Source of the DNA: Gemmatimonadales bacterium
GTDB lineage: Bacteria; Gemmatimonadota; Gemmatimonadetes; Gemmatimonadales; Gemmatimonadaceae
Assembly (NCBI GenBank): GCA_038203795.1
Contig: JBBRDP010000001.1
Coordinates: 1,024-65,023 of the forward strand
DNA: 64,000 bases
Direction of reading: 5' to 3'
The notes under the pieces are model-generated. The model was given only the letters and a program-made list of their open reading frames with translations, was not told the origin of the DNA and searched no databases. How positions within the stretch are numbered: position 1 is the stretch's first letter; the number at the start of each line of letters is the position of its first letter. The translations under genes were made by a program, and so were the position numbers. This document shows, piece by piece, positions 9,876-20,441 of the stretch.

Positions 9876-10826
9876 ATGGCGTCGCCCGCGTTGCTGCGTG
9901 CTCGGGGCTCGGCTATTCCAGCACACCGGTCGCCGAAGGCCGACGGTGCTCCGGCGCGTACACGAAGCGCCAATGGCACAACGAGTCGCAAGCGTGCGTT
10001 CGAAGACGGCTCACTCGATCAATACCTGCGCGACATCAGCAAGTATCCGCTGATCTCGCGTGAAGACGAAGCCGATCTCGCACGACGCATCCGCGCTGGC
10101 GATGGCGAAGCACTCGATAAACTGGTGCGCTCCAATCTGCGCTTCGTCGTCTCGGTTGCCAAAAAGTATCAGAATCAGGGGGTCTCACTTTCCGACCTCA
10201 TCAACGAGGGCAACCTCGGCCTGATTCGCGCCGGCCACAAGTTCGACGAAACCAAGGGGATCAAGTTCATCTCCTACGCAGTGTGGTGGATCCGGCAGGC
10301 CGTGCTGCAGGCGCTCGCCGAGCAGTCGCGCATCGTGCGCGTTCCGCTCAACCGCGCCGGTACGTTGCATCGCATCGGCAAACGGGCCAGCGCGCTGCTG
10401 CAGGAACTCGGGCGAGAAGCCACCAACGCTGAAATTGCCGAAGGCATGGACATCAGCGAGGAGGAGGTCGCCAAGACCATGTCCATCTCGCAGGTGCACC
10501 TCAGCCTCGATGCGCCAATGACGCCCGGCGAGGACAACCGTCTGCTCGACTACCTCGCCGATACGGTCAGCCCCACGCCCGACGAGCAGACCATCGAAAA
10601 AGCGCTCACCCAGGCCATCGAAGACTCACTGGGATCGCTCAAGGAGCGCGAGGCGAAGATCCTGCGGCTATACTTCGGATTGGACGTGCACGAGCCGATG
10701 ACCCTCGAGGAAATCGGCACGCTGCTCGGCATCACGCGCGAGCGCGTGCGGCAGATCAAGGAGAAGGCGCTCTCGCGCCTTCGCCACGTCAGCCGCGCGC
10801 GAGCGCTCGAGAGTTTCCTCGGCTGA
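9876..10826 (+). CDS. RNA polymerase sigma-70 family factor, RpoD-like (short form without region 1.1)
   Basis: Region 1.2 (LDQYLRDISKYPLISREDE), region 2 (NLRFVVSVAKKYQNQGVSLSDLINEGNLGLIRAGHKFD, ISYAVWWIRQAV), region 3, and region 4 (TLEEIGTLLGITRERVRQIKEKAL). Start at ATG 9876. Confidence 0.85.
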   Translation: MASPALLRARGSAIPAHRSPKADGAPARTRSANGTTSRKRAFEDGSLDQYLRDISKYPLISREDEADLARRIRAGDGEALDKLVRSNLRFVVSVAKKYQNQGVSLSDLINEGNLGLIRAGHKFDETKGIKFISYAVWWIRQAVLQALAEQSRIVRVPLNRAGTLHRIGKRASALLQELGREATNAEIAEGMDISEEEVAKTMSISQVHLSLDAPMTPGEDNRLLDYLADTVSPTPDEQTIEKALTQAIEDSLGSLKEREAKILRLYFGLDVHEPMTLEEIGTLLGITRERVRQIKEKALSRLRHVSRARALESFLG

Positions 10827-10841
10827 TCCTCCGTACTCCGC

Positions 10842-11342
10842 ATGGCCTCTACATACTCATTCGATATCACCACCGGCGTCGACCTCCAGGAGGTCGATAA
10901 CGCCATCAATCAGGCGCAAAAGGAAGTCGCGCAGCGCTACGACTTCAAAGGCTCGAAGGCGGCGGTCGAGTTCAACCGATCGGATGCGCTGCTCGAGCTG
11001 GTGGCCGACAGCGACTTCCAGATGCACCAGCTCTATGACGTGGTGCAAACCAAGCTGATCAAGCGTGGCATTCCCGTAAAGAATCTCGATGTCGGCGACA
11101 TCAAGGTGGCCGGCGGTGATACCGTGAAGCGCGAGATCAAGCTCAAGACGGAGCTCGACGGCGAGACGTCCAAGAAGGTCACCGCCGCCATCAAGGGTGC
11201 AAAGCTCAAGAAGGTGCAGGTGTCCATCCAGGGCGAACAGGTGCGTGTCACGTCGCCCTCCAAAGATGACCTGCAGGAAGCGATGCAATTTCTGCGCGGC
11301 GAAGAGTTCGGCGTGGAGTTGTTGTTCGGCAACTTCCGCTGA
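10842..11342 (+). CDS. yajQ: YajQ-family nucleotide (cyclic-di-GMP)-binding protein
   Basis: N-terminus SFDITTGVDLQEVDNAINQAQKEVAQRYDFKG and a length of 166 aa are characteristic of UPF0234/YajQ. Confidence 0.9.
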   Translation: MASTYSFDITTGVDLQEVDNAINQAQKEVAQRYDFKGSKAAVEFNRSDALLELVADSDFQMHQLYDVVQTKLIKRGIPVKNLDVGDIKVAGGDTVKREIKLKTELDGETSKKVTAAIKGAKLKKVQVSIQGEQVRVTSPSKDDLQEAMQFLRGEEFGVELLFGNFR

Positions 11343-11350
11343 GCGGCCGG

Positions 11351-12763
11351 ATGCGCTTCTCCGTTCTTACGCTCGGCTGTGACAAGAACACCGTCGACTC
11401 CGAACGCTATCGCGCCGATCTCGTCGCGCACGGTGGCGAGTCGGTGGACGATGCGTCCAGCGCCGATGTGATCATCGTCAATACGTGCGGCTTCATTGAC
11501 GCCGCAAAAAAAGAATCGCTCGACACGATTCTTGAAGCCGCGCGCCTCAAGGATGACGGTCAGGTGCAAGCCGTGTTCGCCGTGGGCTGCATGGTGGAGC
11601 GGCACAAGAGTGAACTGCAGGAAGCACTGCCAGAGGTCGATGTGTTTCTTGGCACAAGCGAATCCGATCAGCTCGTGCCCGAACTCGTAGCGCGTGGCCT
11701 GCTCGGCGGATCGCTCGTGGAGCATCCCGGTGTGCGGCTCTTTGCCGGCGATCAGCCCGCAGTGCGCTACCTCAAGGTGAGCGAAGGATGCGATCACGGG
11801 TGCGCGTTCTGTGCGATTCCACTCATGCGCGGCAAGCACCGGTCGTTTGCGCTCGATGACGTGGTGAAAGAAGCGCAGCTGCTCGAGATGCAAGGTGCAC
11901 GCGAAGTGAATCTGGTTGCGCAGGATCTGGCGCATTATGGGCGCGACCGTCGTGACGGCACCGCGCTCCCCGAGTTGCTCGAGGCGTTGCTGCGCGAAAC
12001 CACGGTGCCATGGTTGCGCCTGCTGTATCTGTACGGCGCCGGCATCACACCGCGCCTGCTGCAGGTCATTGCCGACAATCCGCGCATTGTGCGCTATCTC
12101 GACATGCCCATGCAGCATGGGCACGACGCGGTGCTGGCGCGCATGCGTCGTCCGGAGCGTGCGCAGATGCTGCGTGACAAGGTGGCGCTGTATCGACAGG
12201 CGGTGCCCGATCTCGCCATTCGCACCACCGTCATTGTTGGCTTTCCCGGCGAAACCGACGAAGAGTTTAACGCGCTGTTCGATCTGCTTGAAGAGTTGCG
12301 CTTCGATCGGGTGGGCGTGTTCACCTATTCGCCGCAGGAAGGCACGCGCGGTGCGCTGCTCGACGACAACGTGCCCGAGTCACTCAAGTTGGAGCGGCAG
12401 GAACGCCTCTACGAACTGCAGCGCGGCATTACCACCGAGATGTATGAACGCTTTCTTGGACGCGACGCGCGTGTTCTGGTGCAGCGCGTGGATGCGGACG
12501 GCTACGTGGAAGCGCGTGCACCATGGCAGGCCGATGATGTGGACGGGGTGGTGCACGTAGACGTGCCGCCCGACATCGCGGCCGGTCTGCCAATCGGCAG
12601 CTTTCTCGATGTCACCATTGACGACGTGATTGACGACTACGATTTCAGCGCCACGTTCCGGGGCGTTGCTGAACGCGCCGAACGCGCGAGCGAGCAGGTG
12701 CGACAGGGCCGCGTGTTGCCCATCACGTTTATGCCATCAAGCGTAGGGAGTTTCGGACGATGA
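11351..12763 (+). CDS. rimO: ribosomal protein S12 methylthiotransferase (radical SAM, MiaB family)
   Basis: N-terminal UPF0004 domain (TLGCDKNTVDSE..VNTCGFI), radical SAM CDHGCAFCAIP, and a C-terminal TRAM domain. Confidence 0.9.
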   Translation: MRFSVLTLGCDKNTVDSERYRADLVAHGGESVDDASSADVIIVNTCGFIDAAKKESLDTILEAARLKDDGQVQAVFAVGCMVERHKSELQEALPEVDVFLGTSESDQLVPELVARGLLGGSLVEHPGVRLFAGDQPAVRYLKVSEGCDHGCAFCAIPLMRGKHRSFALDDVVKEAQLLEMQGAREVNLVAQDLAHYGRDRRDGTALPELLEALLRETTVPWLRLLYLYGAGITPRLLQVIADNPRIVRYLDMPMQHGHDAVLARMRRPERAQMLRDKVALYRQAVPDLAIRTTVIVGFPGETDEEFNALFDLLEELRFDRVGVFTYSPQEGTRGALLDDNVPESLKLERQERLYELQRGITTEMYERFLGRDARVLVQRVDADGYVEARAPWQADDVDGVVHVDVPPDIAAGLPIGSFLDVTIDDVIDDYDFSATFRGVAERAERASEQVRQGRVLPITFMPSSVGSFGR

Positions 12764-14094
12764 TTACTGTGGGCGGAGTACCCGTCGAGGCGTTCGACAA
12801 TACACGATCGGCCGAGATCATGGCGCATTCACGCACACGATTCCCGGGCGGTGTGAACTCGCCGGTACGCGCGTTTGGCGGTGTGGGCGGCGAGCCGTTC
12901 GTCGTGGCGCGCGGCGCCGGGGCGCGCATCTGGGATGTCGATGGCAACGAGTATCTCGACTACGTGTTGTCGTGGGGCCCGCTGGTGCTGGGCCATGCGC
13001 CCAAAGCGGTAATGGAAGCGCTGAACATGGTGATGCACTACGGCACGAGCTTCGGGATTCCCACCGGCCTCGAAGTCGAACTCGCCGATCGCATCGCCGA
13101 GCGCATGCCGCATCTTGAGATGATGCGATTTGTTTCGAGTGGCACGGAAGCGGCGATGAGTATTGCGCGGCTGGCGCGTGCTGCCACCGGTCGTGATCAC
13201 CTGCTCAAGTTTGAAGGGTGCTATCACGGTCACGCCGACAGCTTTCTGGTGAAGGCGGGGTCGGGCGTCGCCACGCTCGGCTTGCCCAACTCCCCGGGCG
13301 TGCCCGACGCGTTGGCCAAGCTTACCCTCACATGCGCGTACAATGATCTCGAAGCGGTGGAGCGCATCGCGCGAGAAGTCCCATTGGCCGCGATTTTGCT
13401 GGAACCCATTGTCGGGAATGCCGGATATATCGAGCCGGTGCCGGGCTTCATCGAGGGATTGCGGCGTATCGCTGACGAAACCGGCGCCTTGCTCGTCTTT
13501 GATGAAGTGATGACCGGATTCCGTATTGCCTTTGGCGGAGCGCAGGAGCGCTTCGGTGTGACCCCCGACCTGACCGCCCTCGGTAAGGTCATCGGGGGCG
13601 GCTTGCCTGTGGCTGCCTATGGCGGTTCGCGCGCGCTCATGGAACGCATTGCGCCAACCGGGCCCGTGTATCAGGCGGGCACGCTATCGGGCAATCCGCT
13701 GGCGATGGCCGGCGGGCTCGCGACACTGGGCGAACTCACGCGCGACGTGCACGACGGCATCACAATGCGCACTGCACGCCTGGTGGCTGGACTGCGGGAA
13801 ATTGCCGCGCGCCGCGGTGTGCCGTTCAATGCCTCGCACAGTGGCTCGATGTGGGGCTTTTTTTTCCGGGACGAAGTGGTCACCAACTTCGACGAAGCCA
13901 AGACCTCGGACACGGCGCTCTTCAAGCGATTCTTTCACGCGGCACGCGAGCGTGGTGTGTACCTCGCGCCATCGGCGTTCGAGGCAGGCTTCATGTCGTC
14001 GGCGCACGGCGACGCGGAAATCGAAACCACGCTCGACCGGCTTGATTCAGCGATGGCGGCTGCCACCACGCACGCTGCGGCGCTGAGCGGGTGA
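12760..14094 (+). CDS. hemL: glutamate-1-semialdehyde 2,1-aminomutase
   Basis: PGGVNSPVRAF, YVLSWGPLVLGH, FDEVMTGFR, LGKVIGGGLP (PLP lysine). ATGA overlap with the rimO stop. The start could alternatively be the downstream MAHSR. Confidence 0.9.
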   Translation: MITVGGVPVEAFDNTRSAEIMAHSRTRFPGGVNSPVRAFGGVGGEPFVVARGAGARIWDVDGNEYLDYVLSWGPLVLGHAPKAVMEALNMVMHYGTSFGIPTGLEVELADRIAERMPHLEMMRFVSSGTEAAMSIARLARAATGRDHLLKFEGCYHGHADSFLVKAGSGVATLGLPNSPGVPDALAKLTLTCAYNDLEAVERIAREVPLAAILLEPIVGNAGYIEPVPGFIEGLRRIADETGALLVFDEVMTGFRIAFGGAQERFGVTPDLTALGKVIGGGLPVAAYGGSRALMERIAPTGPVYQAGTLSGNPLAMAGGLATLGELTRDVHDGITMRTARLVAGLREIAARRGVPFNASHSGSMWGFFFRDEVVTNFDEAKTSDTALFKRFFHAARERGVYLAPSAFEAGFMSSAHGDAEIETTLDRLDSAMAAATTHAAALSG

Positions 14095-14095
14095 C

Positions 14096-15424
14096 ATGAA
14101 GCGCGGCGCCCGAACGTGGGCTACTGTGACGGCCATCGGTGCTGTCTCGGCGTTCATCGTTTCGTGCGCACCGCGCCAGTTGCCCGAGCGCGTGGCCACG
14201 GTTTCCCCGTCGGTCGGAATCATCACCGATACGGCCGCCGCTACGCTCGAGATGGGCGACCGTATCGCCTGGATCGCCTTGGCGGTGCGGGCGCCCACGG
14301 CACCGGTGTCCGGTATTGGGGCGTTTGAAGTGCTCGAACAGGGCGGCAAGCGTTTGCTCGCGCGCGGCAGTGGCGGTGAGGCGTGGCGTATTGAGCGTCG
14401 TGGGCAGACAATGCGTCTGGCCGGTGGCCGAGGCGACGAAACACCGTGGCGTCAGGGTCCATTCGTCCTGCGTGTTCGCGATCGCGGTGCGGTGGTGCTG
14501 CACGATGGTAAGCGGTATCGCGGAGAGCTGTGGGTCTCGGCCACGAACGACGGGCTGCTCGTGGTGAACCGGTTGTCGGTCGAAGACTATCTCCGCGGTG
14601 TGGTGCCGCTTGAGCTTGGGACGCGCGCGACCGGCGACGCCGCCGCACTGCAGGCGCAGGCCATCGCGGCGCGCAGCTACGCGTACATGCGCGTGCCGTC
14701 ATCCGAGCGCGTGCCGGCCGCAGGGTATCACATGACGGCCACCGTGCAGCATCAGGTATATGGCGGCGTCTCGGTGGAGCATCCGGTGGTGGACAACGCG
14801 ATCGCGTCGACCAGCGGTTTGGTGCTGCGATACAACGGTGCGGTGGTGGACGGGCCATATTCTTCAAGCTGTGGGGGACAATCGGCGCAGCCGAGCGAGG
14901 TGTGGCGCGGCGGCTCTGATCAGGGATACCTGCAGAGTGTCAGCGACGTCGATCCGCGAACGGGGCGCGCGTTCTGCGACATCTCACCGCGGCACACGTG
15001 GGAAGTCACGTACGACGAGTCGCTGCTGCGGCAGGCGATCGTGCGTCATCTCGGGTCACGCGGTGCCAGTGGCACGACCGCGCCACAAGTCGAGTCGGTC
15101 GCCGTGGGGCGTCGTACCGCCAGCGGTCGCGTGGGTACACTGGTACTGCGCACGGATCGCGGCACGGTGACGATGGACGGCTACGATATCCGCAGCGCAT
15201 TTCGCGATGCGCGTGGCGCGATTCTGTTTAGTACGTATTTTGAGGTGGACAAGCAGACGCGGGTTGGCGAGCGGGTGTCCGGTGTGGTGCTGCGAGGCGG
15301 CGGCAACGGACACGGGGTTGGGATGTGCCAGTGGGGAGCGATCGGTCGTGCGCGGGCAGGGCATGACGTGCGGGCGATCCTGCGTCACTATTACCCCGGA
15401 ACCGTCGTCGGCTTCGCCGAGTGA
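14096..15424 (+). CDS. SpoIID/LytB domain-containing protein (lytic transglycosylase-like)
   Basis: N-terminal signal/lipobox-like AFIVSC, then SpoIID hallmarks YLRGVVPLE, ALQAQAIAARSYA, SSSCGGQSA, GHGVGMCQWGA. Confidence 0.85.
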   Translation: MKRGARTWATVTAIGAVSAFIVSCAPRQLPERVATVSPSVGIITDTAAATLEMGDRIAWIALAVRAPTAPVSGIGAFEVLEQGGKRLLARGSGGEAWRIERRGQTMRLAGGRGDETPWRQGPFVLRVRDRGAVVLHDGKRYRGELWVSATNDGLLVVNRLSVEDYLRGVVPLELGTRATGDAAALQAQAIAARSYAYMRVPSSERVPAAGYHMTATVQHQVYGGVSVEHPVVDNAIASTSGLVLRYNGAVVDGPYSSSCGGQSAQPSEVWRGGSDQGYLQSVSDVDPRTGRAFCDISPRHTWEVTYDESLLRQAIVRHLGSRGASGTTAPQVESVAVGRRTASGRVGTLVLRTDRGTVTMDGYDIRSAFRDARGAILFSTYFEVDKQTRVGERVSGVVLRGGGNGHGVGMCQWGAIGRARAGHDVRAILRHYYPGTVVGFAE

Positions 15425-15484
15425 GCAACGGGCGATCGCCGATCGCCGCGTGATCAGACCTCCGGAGGATGCAAGTAGGACGGC

Positions 15485-16477
15485 GTGCGCATTGCAGTCG
15501 TGGGAACGGGCGCGATCGCCCAGTTGACGCACATTCCGGTGCTGTCGAAGATGCGCGGTGCGCAGCTCGTCGCCCTGTGCGATAATGATGGACCCAAGGC
15601 GCGCGCGCTGGCCGATCGGTTCGGCATTCCCGACGTCTTCACCGATCTCGAGGAGCTGCTCGACTCCGACGTGCTCGACGCCGTCGTCATTGCGACGCCG
15701 AATCACCTGCACGAACCGCATGTCCTCAGTGCGTTGCGCAAGGGGCTGCACGTGTTGTCGGAGCGTCCGCTGGCGCTTTCGATGCGCGGTGTCGAGCGGT
15801 GTCTCGCGGCCGCGACCAAGAATGATCTGGTGCTGCAGGTCGCGCACAATCATCGCTTCCGCTCCGATGTGCAGGCGCTTTCGCAGTTCCTGCGCAACGG
15901 AGAACTGGGGTCGCTCACGTCGGTGCGCGCCGGTGCGTTGCTCGTGGAACGTCCGGGCGACGGATGGCGTGGTCGGAAGTCGGAGGCGGGCGGCGGCGTG
16001 TTTCTCGATCAGGGATTCCCGTTGCTTGATCTCGCGTTGTGGCTGGCCGAGTTTCCCAACCCGGTTCGCATCAGTGCATTGGCGCGAAAAGGGCGCGGGG
16101 CCAACGCCACGGAAGTGGCCATGCAGTTGTTCCTTGAGTGCGAAGGCGGCATCAGTGTGATCATCGATGTGTCCTGGGCGTTTGTTGGTGATGAAGACCG
16201 CTGGTGGTTCGAAGTGCACGGCACGAAGGGATCAGGACGGCTCGCGCCACTGCGCGTTGTCAAAGAAATCAACGGTCGTCACGTGAACGTGTCGCCGTCC
16301 GGTGCGGCGGCCCGCGAGAGTCCGTTCTTGCAAAGCTATCGTGCGGAACTGGCGCACTTCGTGGCCATGTTGCAGGGCGAAGTGCCCCGCAAGTTGCCGA
16401 TGGAGCAGGTGATGGTGCACAAGGTGCTCGAAGCCGCGTACAAGGCGGCCGAAGACGGTCGCGAGGTACGATTCTGA
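15485..16477 (+). CDS. Gfo/Idh/MocA family oxidoreductase
   Basis: Rossmann N-terminus MRIAVVGTGAIAQLTHIP, EKP-like SERPLA motif, 330 aa. GTG start. Confidence 0.85.
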   Translation: MRIAVVGTGAIAQLTHIPVLSKMRGAQLVALCDNDGPKARALADRFGIPDVFTDLEELLDSDVLDAVVIATPNHLHEPHVLSALRKGLHVLSERPLALSMRGVERCLAAATKNDLVLQVAHNHRFRSDVQALSQFLRNGELGSLTSVRAGALLVERPGDGWRGRKSEAGGGVFLDQGFPLLDLALWLAEFPNPVRISALARKGRGANATEVAMQLFLECEGGISVIIDVSWAFVGDEDRWWFEVHGTKGSGRLAPLRVVKEINGRHVNVSPSGAAARESPFLQSYRAELAHFVAMLQGEVPRKLPMEQVMVHKVLEAAYKAAEDGREVRF

Positions 16478-16491
16478 GACCGTTTGTTCGG

Positions 16492-17799
16492 ATGGCGTGC
16501 GTGGTCGCATGCGCGGCCTTCACTGCGTTGGTTCCCGTTCGCAGCGGCGCGCAACCGCCGCCCCCGGGTGTCGATGCGGCGCTCGACGCCACGCGCGCAA
16601 CACGTGGTGCGTTGCTCGATATTTCGGTACTCACCTTCGCCAACGGCGAAGTGCTGTGGGAACGGTTCGGGCACAATGCGCTCGTGGTGGGTGATGCGGC
16701 TACCGGTCAGCGACTGGCGTACAACTGGGGGGTGTTCGACTTCGATCAGCCCAACTTCCTCACACGGTTCCTGACCGGCGATACACGGTACTGGCTGGCG
16801 GTCTATCCGGCTGATCTGATGTACGCCGAGTATGTCGCGGCCGATCGATCAGCACGATTGCAGAATCTCGATCTCACCAACGTGCAGAAGGCCGCGCTCG
16901 CCGAGTTCGTGGCGTGGCAAGCGCTCGAGGAGAATCGCTACTATCGCTACGATTACTATCTCGACAACTGCAGTACCCGCGTACGCGATGCTATCGATCG
17001 GGTGCTGGGAGGCGCGGTCGCCACCGCCTTGCGCAACGTGCCCGAGCGGCCCACTACATGGCGCGAGCAAACCGCCCTCGTCACTGATGGCGATTGGCCG
17101 GCGTTGGCCGGAATCTATGTGGCCCTCGGCCGCAACGCCGACAAGCCACTCACGCGCTGGCATGAAGGGTTCATGCCCGGACTGCTCGCCGATCATCTGG
17201 CGACTGTGCAAGTGCCCACGGGTGACGGCAATGTGCGACCGTTGGTGCGCCGCGACACGGTACTGTTTACGTCCGCGCGCGCCCCGTTGCCGGAGCGGGC
17301 CCCGTTCCGCGGGTTTGCCGCGCTGGTGCTCGGTGCGTTCCTCGGCGGCCTTGTGTTCGCGCTCGGATTGTGGCGTGCCAAGGGTAGTCGTGCCGCGCTG
17401 ATCATCCTGCGAACGATTGCCACGGGCTGGTACCTCATTGGTGGCTTGCTCGGCACCGCGCTGCTGCTCGCCGGCACGGTCACCAAACACGCGCCCTACA
17501 TGGGGAGCAACGGCTCGCTGTTTCAGGTGCATCCCCTGCTGCTCGTGCTGGCGTGCCTTGCGCCGTTCGCGGCCGGCCCCTCACGCGCGGCACGCATCTT
17601 CGCACCGCTCGCCCTGCTCGTCGCGGCGCTTTCGCTGCTTGGCTTTCTGCTGCAACTCACGTTGCTGGCGCAGGATTCCGGGCTCGTCGTGGCGGTGACG
17701 GTGCCCATGCACGTGTCGCTGGCGGGCGTGTTGGCACTGGGCATGCGCCCTCCGTCCACGATGCCACCGCAGCCGGCTGCGATGGCGGCGGCTGCATAA
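16492..17799 (+). CDS. DUF4105-like periplasmic domain protein with polytopic C-terminal membrane domain
   Basis: Start at ATG 16492 with signal peptide MACVVACAAFTALVPVRSGAQ. The core GHNALVV..YNWGVFDF..YDYYLDNCSTRVRDAIDRVLGG resembles the DUF4105/Lnb N-terminal domain. The C-terminus has 4-5 TM helices. Confidence 0.6.
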   Translation: MACVVACAAFTALVPVRSGAQPPPPGVDAALDATRATRGALLDISVLTFANGEVLWERFGHNALVVGDAATGQRLAYNWGVFDFDQPNFLTRFLTGDTRYWLAVYPADLMYAEYVAADRSARLQNLDLTNVQKAALAEFVAWQALEENRYYRYDYYLDNCSTRVRDAIDRVLGGAVATALRNVPERPTTWREQTALVTDGDWPALAGIYVALGRNADKPLTRWHEGFMPGLLADHLATVQVPTGDGNVRPLVRRDTVLFTSARAPLPERAPFRGFAALVLGAFLGGLVFALGLWRAKGSRAALIILRTIATGWYLIGGLLGTALLLAGTVTKHAPYMGSNGSLFQVHPLLLVLACLAPFAAGPSRAARIFAPLALLVAALSLLGFLLQLTLLAQDSGLVVAVTVPMHVSLAGVLALGMRPPSTMPPQPAAMAAAA

Positions 17800-17811
17800 T
17801 TGCGGCCCCTC

Positions 17812-19803
17812 ATGACGCACCACGACGTCGTCAGTGTTGGTGTAGACGTGGGCGGCACGTTCACCGATCTGGTGGCCGTGCACGCGACCGGCACCGTGCG
17901 TGTGGCGAAAGTACTCACCACGCCTGGGGATCGCGCCCTCGGTGTGATGCAATCGGTGCATGACGCCGGACTGCACGCGCCCGACATCGTACGGTTTGTG
18001 CATGGCACCACGGTGGTCACCAACTTGCTGCTCGAGCGCGCAGGTACGCGTGTGGTGCTGCTCGCAACTGCGGGGTTCAGCGATCTGTTGTGGTTGCGCC
18101 GGCAGGAGCGCGCGTCGTTGTATGATCTCACGCGCGATCATCCCGCACCGCTGATCGCGCACACGGATGTGATCGCGGTCCATGAGCGAGTCGCGCCGAG
18201 GTGGTTCGATGGGGCACGCCGTCTCGACGCACCCGATGGTATCGAAGTGCTCGACGCACTCACCGATCGAGAGGTGAAACGCGTGGCGGATGCGGCTCGG
18301 GACAGCGGTGCCTCGGCGTTCGCGATTGCGCTCTTGCACGCGCACGTGTATCCGCAGCACGAACAGCGATTGCACGACGCCATTCTCGCGCTGTGCCCGG
18401 AGGCAACCGTGGCCATGTCGCACGATGTGCTTCCCGAGATTCGCGAGTACGAACGCACGGCCACCACCGTGGCGGAAGCCTACGCGCGGCCGGCGGTGCG
18501 TCGGTATCTGGGCGGGCTCACGACGTCGCTCACCGCCGAGGGGTTCCCCGCGCCGCGGGTGATGACATCGGCGGGTGGCACGCTCAGTGCACACGAGGCG
18601 GCCACACATGCGGCGTCGCTGGCACTCTCGGGTCCGGCGGGCGGTGTGACGGCGGCGGCTGCGCTGTGCCGGTTGCGCGGTGTCACTGACGCGCTCACGA
18701 TTGATATCGGAGGCACGTCGGCGGATGTCGGACTCATCGTGGACGGAGAACCGCTGATCGAACGTGGTGGCGTACTCGACGGCGTACCGATTGCGCTGCC
18801 GCGCGTACTCGTGGAGACGGTGGCGGCCGGCGGCGGCAGTCTTGGCCGTGTCGACTCGGGTGGCGCGCTGCAGGCGGGGCCGGAGAGTGCAGGCGCTGAT
18901 CCGGGGCCGGCGTGCTACGCGCGCGGAGGCACGCAACCCACCGTCACCGATGCGCATGTTGTGCTTGGTCACATCGCGGAAGGAACGTGGAGCGGTGCGG
19001 TTCGTATCGACGCCACCGCAGCGCGCGAGGCCGTCGCGACACTGGCGCACACACTCGATCGCAGCCTCGACGATACCGCCCGCGCGCTGATCGCCACGGC
19101 TGACGCCACGATGGCGCGGGCGCTCCGGCGTGTGAGTGTTGAGCGTGGTCGTGATCCGCGCGACATGGTGCTCGTGGCGTTCGGCGGTGGCGGTCCACTG
19201 CACGCATGCGGGCTCGCCGAACAACTCGGTATGACGCGCATATTTGTGCCACCGTGGGCTGGTGTGCTCAGTGCGCTCGGGCTGGCGCTGGCGCCGGAAC
19301 GCCGCGATGGGTTGGCCAGCGTGATGCAGCGTTGTGATCATCTCACCAACGCCGCGCTGCAGCACACGCGCAGTGAGTTGGTGACTCGGCTCGCCTCCGG
19401 ACGCCATGACTTGTCGGCTCGTGTGTGGGCTCGTATGCGCTATCTCGGACAAGGACACGAGATCGACGTGCTTCTGCACGAGACCGACAACGTGCACGAG
19501 CTGTCGCAGCGGTTTACGGCGCTGCACGACGCACGCTGTGGGTTCACACTTGATCGCGCCGCCGAAGTGGTGGGGATGCGTGCGTCACTCGAAGGCGCGT
19601 GGTGGCCGCTGCACGCGGAACGTCTGGCACGGGATGAACCGCACGTATTTGATGGCACAGACGACGGTGGCGTGCTCGTACAAACCCTGCTCGGCCCGTG
19701 CACCGTGCGACTGCCCGATGCGACCATGCGTGTCGGCGCCGGCTGGCGGGCGACATCGCTGCCGTCGGGCGGCTGGTGGCTCGAGCAGGAGCCAACTCCA
19801 TGA
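17812..19803 (+). CDS. hyuA: hydantoinase/oxoprolinase family protein, A (ATP-binding) component
   Basis: VGVDVGGTFTDLV N-terminal actin-fold ATPase motif, TIDIGGTSADV second phosphate motif, 663 aa. Confidence 0.85.
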   Translation: MTHHDVVSVGVDVGGTFTDLVAVHATGTVRVAKVLTTPGDRALGVMQSVHDAGLHAPDIVRFVHGTTVVTNLLLERAGTRVVLLATAGFSDLLWLRRQERASLYDLTRDHPAPLIAHTDVIAVHERVAPRWFDGARRLDAPDGIEVLDALTDREVKRVADAARDSGASAFAIALLHAHVYPQHEQRLHDAILALCPEATVAMSHDVLPEIREYERTATTVAEAYARPAVRRYLGGLTTSLTAEGFPAPRVMTSAGGTLSAHEAATHAASLALSGPAGGVTAAAALCRLRGVTDALTIDIGGTSADVGLIVDGEPLIERGGVLDGVPIALPRVLVETVAAGGGSLGRVDSGGALQAGPESAGADPGPACYARGGTQPTVTDAHVVLGHIAEGTWSGAVRIDATAAREAVATLAHTLDRSLDDTARALIATADATMARALRRVSVERGRDPRDMVLVAFGGGGPLHACGLAEQLGMTRIFVPPWAGVLSALGLALAPERRDGLASVMQRCDHLTNAALQHTRSELVTRLASGRHDLSARVWARMRYLGQGHEIDVLLHETDNVHELSQRFTALHDARCGFTLDRAAEVVGMRASLEGAWWPLHAERLARDEPHVFDGTDDGGVLVQTLLGPCTVRLPDATMRVGAGWRATSLPSGGWWLEQEPTP

Positions 19804-20441
19804 CGCGCCCCGTATCCCGCATCACCGGCTCCGCCGTGCCGCCGAGATTTCCCGATACCGGACCCGTGCACGCGTTGTGCATTGGCGAAGCGCCGGGACC
19901 GCGCGGTGCCGACAAGAGCGGTGTGCCGTTCTTTGGTGATCGCGCCGGTGGCCCGCTTTATCGCGCGTTGGTGCTGGCGAATGCGTGCGTTCTTCCAGCG
20001 CAGGTAGACCAACTACGGTGGGACGGCGCTGCGTTTGCGCAACACGGATTGGTACCCGAGTTGCGCGGTGTTGCACTCGGCAACGCGTTTGATTGTTGTC
20101 CCACCGACGATGGTCGAAAATTTCGCGCACCGTCGCGCGCCGAACTGGAGTCGCCGCAGAACCTTGAACGACTGGCGCGCGATGTTGATGTTGCGGCCGC
20201 GCGTGGTCTCACGCTGATCATCGCGCTCGGACGAGTGGCGGCGCGCACGCTGGCGCTGTTGCTGGCAACGCATCCGGAACGCTGGCCCGGTGTCACGCTG
20301 CACGTTGTGCCCCACCCGAGTGCGCAGGGCTTGCTCTCCGCCGCACCCGATCGCGGTCGCGGTGCACGCCTGGCCGATCTCGCGGCGCTGTGGGAACGCG
20401 ACCTTGCACTCGTGATTTCGCGCGCCATGGTGTCCGCATGA
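19800..20441 (+). CDS. uracil-DNA glycosylase superfamily protein
   Basis: Motif A LCIGEAPGPRGADKSGVPFFGDRAGGPL and motif B VVPHPSAQG. The ATG at 19800 overlaps the hyuA TGA (ATGA), and its own TGA overlaps the hyuB ATG (20438-20441). Confidence 0.65.
   Translation: MTRPVSRITGSAVPPRFPDTGPVHALCIGEAPGPRGADKSGVPFFGDRAGGPLYRALVLANACVLPAQVDQLRWDGAAFAQHGLVPELRGVALGNAFDCCPTDDGRKFRAPSRAELESPQNLERLARDVDVAAARGLTLIIALGRVAARTLALLLATHPERWPGVTLHVVPHPSAQGLLSAAPDRGRGARLADLAALWERDLALVISRAMVSA

Noticed and set aside
16204-16491. N-terminal extension of the DUF4105-like ORF, overlapping the end of the Gfo/Idh/MocA gene.
   Set aside because: The extension is R/G-rich and overlaps a well-supported gene. ATG 16492 gives a normal signal peptide immediately.
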